Assembly (NCBI RefSeq): GCF_020745735.1
Contig: NC_083405.1
Coordinates: 63,702,345-63,766,344 of the forward strand
Direction of reading: 5' to 3'
Length of the DNA: 64,000 nt
DNA from: Hemiscyllium ocellatum
Lineage: Eukaryota
The notes beneath the pieces were generated by a model. The model was not told the DNA's origin. It did no database searches and saw nothing but the letters and a program-made list of their open reading frames with translations. A program made the translations under genes and the position numbers. Shown here piece by piece: positions 53,171-64,000 of this stretch. Each line of letters begins with the position of its first letter. Position 1 is the stretch's first letter.

Positions 53171-54837
53171 TCTCTGATCCAACTGGCATTAATTTACTAA
53201 TTAGAACTCCAACCCCCTTATAAACTTCCCTTTATACACATAGAAAAAAAAGTTATGGGTACTATTGATGGAGGGGAAACTGGAAAGTAGTTCGGTAGTC
53301 TCCGTTAACAGGATCTACTGGAATAGTTTTGGTGCTGTTTAGAAACTTCTTGGTCTTCTTTCTCTGGAAACTTCAGCTAATTTTCAGAGGCACAAAGTGC
53401 ACATTTATAAAAGATCTGACTTACTAAAGATCACAGCTTACAGCAAATGAAGGGGACATAAACTGACTTTCTTCAGCCTTAGGTGATTGTTTTTTGGAAG
53501 AGAATAGAGTTTGAGAACTGGAGGAGATCTGATGGCTTTTTCTTATATTATTCATAAATTATTCCACAGACAAATCAGCTACATACTACTGGCCACTTGT
53601 GGCCAAATTGCCACTTGTGCACACTCTTGGCTCAGGGATGGGAAATGAATGCTGGTCTCACGTCCCATCAGTGAATGAAAAAAACTCTCCTTCTATGACC
53701 ACTTGATCCAGCAGCTGTGTAAAGTGCTTACAACAAATGATAGATTACTTGCTTTCGGGGGAACCAATGCAAAGAGTTTGCTTGAATTGCCTAGGAAGAT
53801 TAAACTGCTTGAAATTATCCTGTATGCAAACACTGACATTTGGAGATTTAAGAGGAGACTGACTTACCTCAGTAATTACTCAGGAAACACTAGAGGGATT
53901 ACAAGCCGTTCAAACTCCTTGCTAACTATAAAATCGACACCACCCTAACCCCTCACCTGCTTACTTGGCACTCTACTCCCTCATCCATGTACCATGCACA
54001 CTAACTTACCTTCCACAACTACTCAAAATGGCTGTCATACTTTAAAATTCTGTATCTTTAAGTGGGAAATGGCAGAATGTGCTATAAAAGGGGCACGACT
54101 TATGCACAGATCCACTCTGACGCTCCCAGTGATGTATATTGCACTGCGTCCTTGCAATGGATCCCACATCAAATGTTAGACCAAAGAAATTTTAAGTAAA
54201 GTAGGCAACTGTTTTTCTCACATGGTAGGAAATACAGATTTCAAACCAGAGCAGAATATGAGATTAGTGCATTTCAGAAACATGCATGACATGGATTAGC
54301 ACTCCTGGTTCCAAATCAGAAGAATGAAAGTGCAAGCTACATTTCAGGGTTTAAGTTCTAATCTGGGCTGATATTCCGTTCATTGTACAAGAATATTTTG
54401 AGATCAGAGAAGAATGTAGAACTTAGAAGCAGGATGAGCCACATGGCCCTCTGCCATTCAATAAGATCATGTTCGATCTCAATTGCACCTTCCTATCTGC
54501 TTCCCAAAGTCCCAGACTCAGTCGCTAAGCAAATATCTATGAATTATTCAAGGTAAAGTTATTATGACAGTCTCCATTTCTTTCTGGAGAAGAGAATTCA
54601 GCAGACAAACAATTCACAGTAAAGATTTTCATCTCTATCTTATAAAGGAGACTGATTATTCCTAAACTGTGTTGGTTATTTTTTGCCTTAACCACAATTT
54701 CAACCCAGTAAACTTGCCTCTTCATTTTGAGCTTCTGAGTTTCAATAACGTTACTTTTAATTCTTCTAAATTCCAATGGTTAACAGACCAGTCTGTCCAT
54801 CCTTTGCTCATGAATTAATCCTCTCAGTGCAGGAATG

Positions 54838-55285
54838 ACAAAACAGAAATTGGTGGAGAAACTCAGCAGCTCTGCCAGCATCTATCAAGAGAGAAACAGT
54901 GTCAATATTTTAGGCCCAGTAACCCTCCTTCAAAACGGATAGCTCAGAAAAGATGGTCTATATGCTGAAGACATGAGGTCGGGGTGAGGGTGCAGGGTGG
55001 AGACAAGGAGAAAGCAGATAAATGGAGACAGAACTCAAAGAAAAACAAATAGTTAGGCAGACAAAGGGATGGTTAATAGTAAGCCATGGAGGGAAAAAAA
55101 ACACATCCGTCCCACCATGTTTAGCATATGAAATCACCCTCTCCAAACTACTATACATTCTGAAGGAAGGTGACTGGACCTGAAACACTAACCCTGCTTT
55201 CTGTTCACAGATATTGCCAGACCTGTTGAGTTTCTCCAGCAATTTCTGTTCTTGTTATAGATTTCTAGTAAGTACAGTTCTTGGT
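54838..55285. mobile_element. Inverted PLE pLTR pair with decayed hammerhead cores
   Basis: acaaaacagaaattggtggagaaactcagcag (minus arm) versus ttCTGAAGGAAGGTGACTGGACCTGAAACactaac ... ctgttgagtttctccagcaatttctgttcttgt (plus arm). Confidence 0.65.
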
Positions 55286-56079
55286 TTTTATATTAATATG
55301 ATATCCCTTGCATCATGGGCTAATGTGATAAGAAGTTACAAAACTAAATTTTATTAATTAGCACCTTCAGGACCAGGAGTTTGTCAGTTGATCCAGAGAT
55401 CCACATGATTCATGCAAAAACACACGTTAAGTAATAGAAATGTAATGCTGGGATGTACACATCACTGCTATATTTTATTTACAGCATAAATCACTAAAAT
55501 AATGCAACTTTGCCTTAAATAAAAAACTTATTGGAAGAGAGCTTTCTCACTCATATCCTCAACTGACTATTCTGACATTGTGGAGATCGCAATAATACAG
55601 TAAACTTTGCAGTATTTGAGGTACATATTTTTTGCCAGTTTATCGAGTGTGCCGATTTATAAGCTGCCGGTTAAAACAAAGTTTGCTGTACAAAAGTGAG
55701 CTTTGAAGAACATGTTGGTTTTTACTACGAGAAGCAGGCAAAAAGCAAGAAATTATAGATGTAATTTAACATTAAATGGGAATTCATGGATTGATGAAAT
55801 ACTAGTTAGTTGCTCAACCTAAACATACTTGTGCAATTGCAAAAATCATTCATTCATAAACACCAACTGACAGAACCAGATACATGACAAATGATACCCA
55901 ACACATTATTCAAACTTTAATATCTCAGCACGAAGAAAAAAGGTGAATAAAATAGTAGTATTGTCACTTGATGAAACAACATTTGTGAATTCACAACTCA
56001 TGAATATTTTGGCCTGTCGCTCTCATGAGATAAATGCCATATCAAACTGAGACTAGTTTTGTACCCAAGCATTGAAAAC

Positions 56080-56460
56080 TATGCCATTCCTCCAGTTTCA
56101 GGTTCTGTTGCTTCTTTTCTGGAGATGCCAACCTCTAATAGGGAAAGTACCTCGTCTTCCTTTCTCCTCAGTGATGCTCCCAATTCTGTGTCTGATATGG
56201 TTCGACTATGCTCATCTTATTTCCCACACTTCTGCTCTCATATCTTTCTCTTCCACTCAGGACCATGTTAAGTTGACACCTGCCCTTGCCTTCCAGCCCA
56301 CCAACCTCCAGATAGACTGGAGACAACAGGATGATCTGTTATGATGTCACTACTACATTCTGCCTTCCAGTGTTCGGAAGGAAGGCTTCCCTGTAACATT
56401 CTGGTTCAATCAATCAATCAGTCTTCAAGCTCCAGGCTCTTCTCATACAAGCAAAGATGA
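56080..56460 (+). mobile_element. Degenerate PLE internal (RT thumb/linker) fragment
   Basis: TPALAFQPTNLQI resembles the PLVLTFHP motif downstream of PLE RT. Confidence 0.4.
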
Positions 56461-58161
56461 TTAAAACTTACACCCAATATATATAAAACAGAGGGGAACC
56501 TTGCCCCTTTTAGAGAGCAGGTCAAGTGACCCACATGGCAGGAGCTACAGAAGCAGTCAAAGACTGGCTGTGGTGTTGTCCTCAAGATAAATATGGCTGC
56601 AGCTGAATATAATTTCCAGTGGAGTCATTCAACATGAGAAAAAAACTTCTCTGGTATTTTCTAGAAGAGAAAATTAGATTGAAATAGAATTTGTCCAGCA
56701 TTTCTATTGCAATGAAAAATTGTTTTATACAATAAAAAATGATTACAAGCAGCTCACCTTTTAACAGAATCCAATAACTGGCTAGAGGAAATGATTTGTG
56801 AGAAGAACTGAAATGTAAACAAGGTACTTCTTTCAATTTCCTTAATAAACAACAGTACTTATTTACAGAACAAAACCATTATAGTTTCAAAGTTTTCAGT
56901 TTCCACTTTTGTGAATCAGGAGGAAACTAAATTTGGTGAGAAACCAGTAAAAAGGTTCAGTGGACAAATTGCTAATAGATGGACCACTTCTAGGCAACCT
57001 CATTTCATTGTTCCCAGCAATCTTTTTTCTTACTGATCCTTACGTGAAGGAAATCAGAAGTATAGCTTAATATTTTAGAAGTGCCCCAAACCATGTTTAC
57101 AGATAGTAAATTGCTCTGATAGTTGAAAGAAAAATCCTGTTTTAGGTACAAGGTAATGACCATCAAACCAACTGCTTGAAATACTGCTTATTCATGCACT
57201 CTCACATCTGAGAACACCATTTTGACCTGGATAACATGTAGGTGATGCTTTCATCTCTAACATACGAAACTTATCCACAAACGTGTAAATCAAAGCAAGA
57301 TATACAGATCTGCATTTCAATGTTTTTTGACAACATTAATTTGGGCTCACCTTGTCACGGTTTACCTTAAATGGATTTCACAAAGGTGGATTAACCTGCA
57401 ATCAGATGATTGCTACAGCCACTTTAAATCAATGTTTATCATCTTTCAAATCATTTAAGTACATGCAAGTCCCAGGTATTAAAATCAAATGATGGAGATC
57501 TAAAATTGACAACAAAGAAGAACTACAACTAAAATTTGTGTCAAAGTTAGAAGAGTTGTGGACAGAAGTTTTAAGCTCTGTGCAATATTCAAAATAACAA
57601 TGTCAGCGAACAACCAGTAAAACTGGTAAGTTTTGATTTATTTCATTTAATTTACTGCCACGTACAGTCATCTCTATTCCAAATAAGCAAAGAAGGTTGG
57701 CAAATGAGCATTCATTACATGCAGGATTGACTGCATAAAATTCAGCTGGTAACATTAGTAGAAGTGTACAAATGGAACAAAAATGTACAAACTGGAATGT
57801 ATAAAATGTAGCACTTCAATAATTACTGTTCTCTGCAAAAAGGACAATCAGAAAGCTGTTTTGATTTTTGAAATAAAAAAAATCCTTTGAAATAGTTAAT
57901 GTAGAAAATTAATCAGAATAACAAAGTAAATTTCTGCTTAGTTTCTCTGGTTTCCATTCCATTGAGGCCATCTTTTCCCCCCCTCATGTTTGTTATGAAA
58001 CAGAAAGTTGCAGTTAAGAATTAAATTTTGAACAATACTCATTTCAAAATAAAAGGACATAACAAAAGACAAAACCAGAAAGATGTTTACAAACTGGCCT
58101 AGCAAGTTAAAGCAAATTGATTACTATTTTAAGAACACTATCAACAAACTAACACTGATGA

Positions 58162-58837
58162 TGTTATACTCAGACTGGCAACTGGTTGGACATTGAACTG
58201 GTCAACAAAAGGGAGGAGGATGCTGGCTAGCCATCCACACAATGAAAAGGAAAAGGAAACCAACAGGTGAACTAGTTTCTGATTCGGCTCTTTGATAGGT
58301 GGCAGTGTTGCTTTGGAAGCTGTTGGATGGACATTTAAGTTTTGTTTTCTCTAGTTATTCTCCAGTTATCAACTTGTTGAAAGTTATAAGAAAAGAACCC
58401 CAGTCCATAACAAATAAGGAAACATTTCTGGAGATCTGCAGAAGTTATTTCCAGTGACAGGTAATTTTGGAATTCAAGACAGACACCATTCTATGTGACT
58501 GTAATACAACTTATTGGGTTTCATGAAATCCAATTCATCATTGAAATGGTTATTGAACTGGCAACTTAGATTCTAATTTTCTTTTTAAATTTATCCCTTA
58601 ATTGTGTCGTCTGAGTGCGCGTGGTGCTTGGTGAGTAAAAAAGATTGGACTTAGATGATAGTTGTTAATTAGATTGCCTTGCAATTCGTCTGTGTTCTGC
58701 TAAAATTACTTTAATAATGTTAAATTGTTATTTTTTGATCAAGTCATGAACTTGGCATCCAAGATCAATTATTTATAAAGTCCAGTTAGGATCAATTAAT
58801 AAATTTTGAGGTCTGGCTTGTTATCCATGTCATAACA
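58162..58837 (+). mobile_element. Possible old solo LTR
   Basis: Termini TGTTAT...ATAACA and no LINE homology inside, but no recognisable TSD. Confidence 0.35.
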
Positions 58838-59154
58838 GTACACATGAATTAGGAGAGGTATAGACCATTTGGTCACTTATCAAATCTGTCCTTTGATAAA
58901 ATGATTACTGATCTGATGGTGACTTCAACGCCACTTTCCTGTTTACCCCTTTTGACTCACTTATCAGTGAAGAATCTATCAAGCTCAGCATTGAAAATGT
59001 TTAATCAATATGTCTTGATACCTCTCCTAATTCATGTGTACTGTTATGACATGGATAACATGCCAGACCAAATCAGAAATTAAAACTTGCAATGATCCTC
59101 AAAGTTTATTAATGAATCCTAACTGGACTTTACAAATAAGTGATCTTGGATGCC
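58754..59154. repeat. Long inverted repeat (arms 58754-58861 and 59018-59154)
   Basis: Inner 52 bp match with 1 mismatch and outer ~57 bp with about 5 mismatches. The right arm carries about 28 extra bases. Spacer about 156 bp. Confidence 0.95.
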
Positions 59155-60940
59155 TCAATCACAAATTGTAAAAGAGTTCCACATTTCTCTTCACGTCCTC
59201 ATTAACTGGGAGACTTCATTTTTTAAACTGCCTCCTAGTTCTAATCTTTCACACAGGTAGAAAAGTCCTTTATTCTATTCTCCTGCTCCTCAGATATTCC
59301 CTGACTGGCTGTGCTTTTCCAGCACCACACTTTTTGACTCTTCATTCAAAGAATCAATTGACTGCATCTTCTTTGAAGAGCTAATATAATGATGTACTTT
59401 CGAAAAGCAAAACTAGACAAAGTCCTCCACATATAGCTTTACAAGTGTAACATACAACTTTAGCAAATCACCCCAGCTTTTGGATTATATTTCACTTGTC
59501 AGAACCATGATATTCATTTTGATTTTCTAACAGTTTCTGTGCCAGCCTTTTTATTTTTATATGCATGTACCAGAACGACCTCAGTACGAGTTTTCCAATC
59601 TCCCTATATTCAAACAATAGGTTTTCTCGCCTGCTTGCCAAAATGGACAAGGTCATATTTTTCTCCAACTATCAAGTGCATTCCCATTCATTTAACCCAT
59701 CCATACCCCTTTACAGTCTCAACTCCTCTTCACAATTTACTTTCATATTTTTCTTTGCATCAGTGGCAAATTTAGCAACTCATATTAGTTCAGTCATTAA
59801 AACTTTTGGTGTAAATCATAAATAGTTGAGCAGTCAGCACTTACCCCTATGTACTCCTCATTACAAATTACCAATCCAAATGACACATTTGTGCTTAAAC
59901 TATTTCCTGTTAGCTGATCAATCTTATACCATGCTAATAATGTCACCCCTTAATTCATGAGTTGTTTTTGAGGAGTAGCCTTTGATGTGGCACCTTATCA
60001 AATGCCTTCTAGAAATCCAAGTACACTATATCCATAGGTTCCCCTTTCATCCACATTGCTTACTCCTCCTTCAAGAGAGCTCTACTAAATTATTCAAACA
60101 ATTTCCCTTCCACAAAACTACATGGATGCTTGCAGAATGCATTGAGTTGTTCTCGGTGTCATGGCATAGCCTCTTTAATAACAGACTCTAACATTTTCCC
60201 AATCAATTGGCCTGTAGTTTTGTATGTTCAGTCTGCCAGTAATTTCCTTCTTGGATAGAGGAATTAGATGCTCTATTCCCCAAACTGATAGGGCCATTCT
60301 AGAATCTGCAGAATTTTGGAAAATTAAAACAAAAAAATTTACAATGTCAGCTGGCAACTTTCCTTTTAGGACTCTAGAATGACATCCATCAACACCTGGA
60401 GGTTTGCCAGCTTTCAATTCAATTAATCTTCTTAGTACTTTTTCTTTGGTGATCAGAGTTTTAAATTCCTTCCTCCCTTTCATCTCTTGATCGACAATTA
60501 TTTCTGGGGTTTTATTTTTATCTTCTTCAGTGAAGACAGATAAAAATTGTCTGTTCAATGCATATTAATTACCTCGACTCACTTACTAGAGAATCAACAC
60601 TAATTATTCTTTTCCTATTTAAACAAGAGTAAATAGGAATCTCTACTCTCCATATCTCTATGACAAGCTTTCAATCATACTCTAAATTGATCATCGTTCT
60701 TTAAATCATTTTCTTTACTTAATATTCAATACAATTTTCTAATCTTGGCAGACATGTTTTTCTTATAATTCAATATTACCTTAAAACTTCTCTTTTTACC
60801 ACAGGTGTGTTAAGTGCCTTGCTTTCTCATTAGAAAGCATTTTTGCTCAGTGTTATGAAATAGCTCCTTACATGCCTGGTCATGCATTTTTACTGATGTA
60901 TTCCGTAATCCAAGGTCCCAGTTTACTTTAGCCAACTTGG
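59155..60940 (-). mobile_element. Old degenerate CR1 (its tail begins in the inverted-repeat spacer near 58845)
   Basis: gtggcaccttatcaaatgccttctagaaatccaag (LDF.KAFDKVP); ORF 60175-60558 with KPPGVDG.H.RVLK. Confidence 0.75.
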
Positions 60941-61293
60941 TCTTTGTACTGTTTTGGTGGCTTCATATTTCATAAATGTTTGCAGAGTCGTGTTTGAAAT
61001 ATCGTGGATACTCAGCTTGATTGTTTTTAAAGAGGCTAATACAAAGATGATGGAATGTGTTTTTTTAAAAATAAATCACTTTTTGAAAGTCACACATCTT
61101 GCGATAACTGCTGTTTCATTGCAGACACCCTGCATGGGTTAATGATTGTTAGGTTGCAGCTTCTGTTTTCGACATTTAGATTTTTCAGTTGGTGGCCAAC
61201 CTGTGGAAGCAAAGTTCTGCTCAGCTCAGCTCTCCTGTTTCTGAAATATGTCTTGTTGTGGGTCCACTGGTATCTTGGCCCTGCATTGCAGAT

Positions 61294-61328
61294 CACCTGA
61301 TGAAGGAGCGTGGCTCCGAAAGCTAGTG
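61294..61328 (+). ncRNA. Intact minimal hammerhead ribozyme motif at the start of a PLE pLTR (pLTR extends to about 61419)
   Basis: CAC-CTGATGA-A-GGAGC(GTG)GCTCC-GAAAG-CTA-GTG. Stem I CAC/GTG, perfect 5-bp stem II, palindromic AGCU stem III, CUA triplet. Confidence 0.82.
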
Positions 61329-61419
61329 TGCTTTCAATTAAACCTGTTGGACTATAACCTGGTGTTGTGAGATTTTTAACTTTGTACACCCCAGTCCAAC
61401 ACCAGCATCTCCAAATCAT

Positions 61420-64000
61420 CCCAACAGCAAGTATGAGATAGAAGTACAACTATGGAAACAGATTATGGGGCGATGTAGGAACAATAGGGTGGTGATAGGA
61501 GATTTTAGTTTTCCCAATATTGACTGGGATTCACTTAGTGTTAGAGGCCTAGATGGAGCAGAATTTGTTTTCTCTAGCAGCATGTAAATAGTCCAACTCA
61601 GGAAGGGGCCATACTGGACCTGGTGTTGGGGAATGTGCCTAGCCAAATGATTGAAGTTTCATTAGGGGATGACTTTGGGATTAGTGATCACAATTCCCTA
61701 TGTTTTAGGATACTCATGGACAAAGACGAGTGTGGTCCTAAAGGAAGACTGCTAAATTAGGGGAAGGTCAACTATACCAAAATTCAGCAGGAGCTGGGGA
61801 ATGTTGATTGGGAGCAGCTGTTTTAAGGTAAATTCACATTCGATATTTGGGAGGCTTTTAAAGACAGGTTGATTACTGTGCAGCAGAGACATGTTCCTGT
61901 GAAAATGAGGGATAGAAATGGCAAGATTAGGGAACCATGGATGACAGGTGAAATTGTAAAACTAGTTAAGAGGAAAAAGGAAGCATACATAAGATCTAGA
62001 CGACTGAAGACAGACTAAGCTTTGGAAGAATATCAGGAATGTAGAACCAATCTGAAACGAGGAACTAAGAGGGCTAACATGGGTCATGGCATACTTTTAG
62101 CAATCAGGGTTAGGGAAAATCCCAAAGCCATTCATATATAAAGAACAAGAGGGTAACTAGAGAAAGGGTTGGCCCACTCAAGGTCAAAAGGAGAAAAGGT
62201 ATGCATGGAGTCAGAGAAAATGGGTGATGTTCTAAATGAGTACTTTGCATCAGGATTCACTGAGGAGAGGGACATGACGGATGTTGAGGTTAGGAATAGA
62301 TGTTTGGTTACTCTAGGTCAAGTTGGCGTAAGGAGGGAGGAAGTGTTGGGTATTCTAAAAGGCATTAAGGTGGACAAGTCCCCAGGTTCAATGGGATCTA
62401 TCCCAGGTTACTGAGGGAAGCGAGGGAAGAAATTGCTGGGGTTTTAACAAATATCTCAGCAGCATCTCTGAACACAGGTGAGGTTCCAGAGGACTGGAGA
62501 ATTGCTAATGTTGTTGCCTTGTTTAAGAAGGGTAGCAGGGATAATCCAGATAATTATAGACCGGTGAGCCTGATGCTAGGGGTAGGGAAGCTGCTGAAAA
62601 AGATACTTGTCATGGACTAGACCAGACCACTCAAAACATTCTTAAACAGACAGCCCAGTACATAACTTTGCAATTTGTTTCGGTACATGTACAGTGAAAA
62701 TTACCCAAAAAGTTAGCTAGGTTGACTATTAGATTTTAAAACAGAAAAATTTATTCACAAAATTATGAAATGAAACACAAAGAATAGAATAAAGAACACA
62801 AACAGAACTCAGACTATCCCAAAGCAGACTTAATTATGCCGTTCCGAATATACACAACAGTCCCAATAAACAAACCCCTTAAACACAGTAAAAATGAAAC
62901 AAAGGCTTACAGGTCGAAGTTAGAAGGGCAGAAGGAGAGAGAGTTTCCAAACAGCTCACTGCTGAACTCCTATAACTTAAGTTCAGTTTCCAGGACTGGC
63001 CACTCCCCTTTCATTTTACAGGTTACTTCTAAATCCAAAAGCTTTGGCCTAAAGTCTCATCTGTTTATGAACGAACAAAAAAGCTTCTCAATACCCTTTT
63101 ATCTTTGTATCAAACCAGTTGATTTAGAGCCCGTCCTGTTTATGACCCTCAAAAAAAAAAACAAAGACAGCAACCTTTAGAAAAAGGGACCAGCTTTGTG
63201 ACATACGGAGGGATAGGATCTATTCCCATTTGGGAGAAAATGGGCTTATTGGTGCAAGGCAACATGGTTTTGTGCAGAGAAGGTCATGTCTTACCAACTT
63301 AATAGAATTTTTTGAGGAAGCGACAAAGCTGATTGATGAGGGAAGGGTTATATAGGTCATATACAGGGACTTCAGGAAGGCGCTTGATAAGGTTCCTCAT
63401 GGTAGGATGATGGAGAATTGAAGTTGCATGGGGTCCAGGGTGTAATAGTTTGATGGATAAAGAACTGACTGAGCAACAGGAAATAGTAGTAGTGGAAGGG
63501 AGTTTCTCAAAATGGAGAGCTGTAACTAGTGGTGTTCCACAGGGATCCATGCTGGGACTACTGTTGTTTATGATATACATTAATGATCTGGACGAAGGTA
63601 TAGGTGGTCTGATTAGCAAGTTTGCAGATGACACTAAGATTGGTGGAGAAGCAGATAGTAAAGGGGACTACCAGATAATACAGCAGAATATAGATAGATT
63701 GGAGTGTTGGGCGGAGAAATGGCAGATGGAGTTCAAAAGGTAAGGTGATATATTTTAGAAGATCCAATTCTACAGCGAACTACATGGTAGTGTTCAGGTC
63801 CATTGTTCTCTGAAGGTGGCAAATCTAGTCAATAGAGTGGACAAGGCAGCATTCTGCATGGGTTCTTTCATTGGACACAGGATTGAGTACAAGGATTGGC
63901 AGATCACATTACAGTTCTATAGGACATTGGTTCAGCCACATTTGGAATACTGCATACAGTTCTGGTCGCCACATTACCAAAAGGATGTGGATGCTTTGGA
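61420..64000 (+). mobile_element. CR1 ORF2 (APE and RT), running off the window end and interrupted by a solo LTR
   Basis: VIGDFSFPNIDW; VLNEYFASGFT; DKSPG; VTSGVPQGSMLGLLLFMIYINDLDEG...SKFADDTK. Confidence 0.9.
62608..63203 (-). mobile_element. Solo LTR (596 bp, Gypsy/ERV-type)
   Basis: TGTCA...TGACA termini and a 4-bp TSD TACT/TACG. Removing it restores CR1 aagatactgagggatagg. AATAAA lies on the minus strand near 62750; strand assignment is tentative. Confidence 0.8.

Noticed and set aside
55157-55195. Additional hammerhead-like motifs (also near 9980, 12480, 13507, 51310 and 54920)
   Set aside because: The cores or cleavage triplets are mutated, so they are counted as decayed pLTR remnants rather than ribozymes.
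58754-59154. MITE with long TIRs
   Set aside because: The arms span a junction between two unrelated repeats, the spacer is CR1 tail that continues beyond the right arm, and there is no TSD.
62836-63180. 114-aa ORF
   Set aside because: It lies wholly inside the solo LTR, has no protein motifs, and is likely a chance open frame.
44934-64000. Upstream GALNT exon (GPGEMG...NRSLPDVR)
   Set aside because: It was not found by eye on the minus strand and probably lies beyond the window. The downstream TPTMAGGLF exon was likewise not found in 1-5497.

Overview
This is a repeat-dense vertebrate intronic window. It is very likely from a shark or other elasmobranch, inferred from HE1/V-SINE-type SINEs, their CR1/HER1-type partner LINE tails and abundant Penelope-like elements. 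The only host gene visible is a polypeptide N-acetylgalactosaminyltransferase, best matching GALNT1, on the minus strand. Three consecutive internal coding exons (44767-44933, 12685-12892, 5498-5668) splice in frame across GT-AG introns of about 31.9 kb and 7.0 kb. Most of the rest is nested transposon debris: many CR1 LINEs, a Rex1/Babar-like LINE, HE1-type SINEs, Penelope-like elements (PLEs), a Tigger-derived element, a Harbinger transposase fossil and one or two solo LTRs. The most interesting signals are (i) minimal hammerhead ribozymes of two PLE families, two with intact cores, with several PLE fragments whose boundaries fall at the ribozyme; (ii) a long fold-back inverted duplication at 58.75-59.15 kb; (iii) a 122-bp duplicated unit whose two copies each follow a different non-B-DNA-prone simple repeat; and (iv) a perfect 30-bp palindrome. 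I see no evidence for a wholly new protein-coding system. Repeat boundaries were set by eye and are approximate unless a TSD or terminus is quoted.
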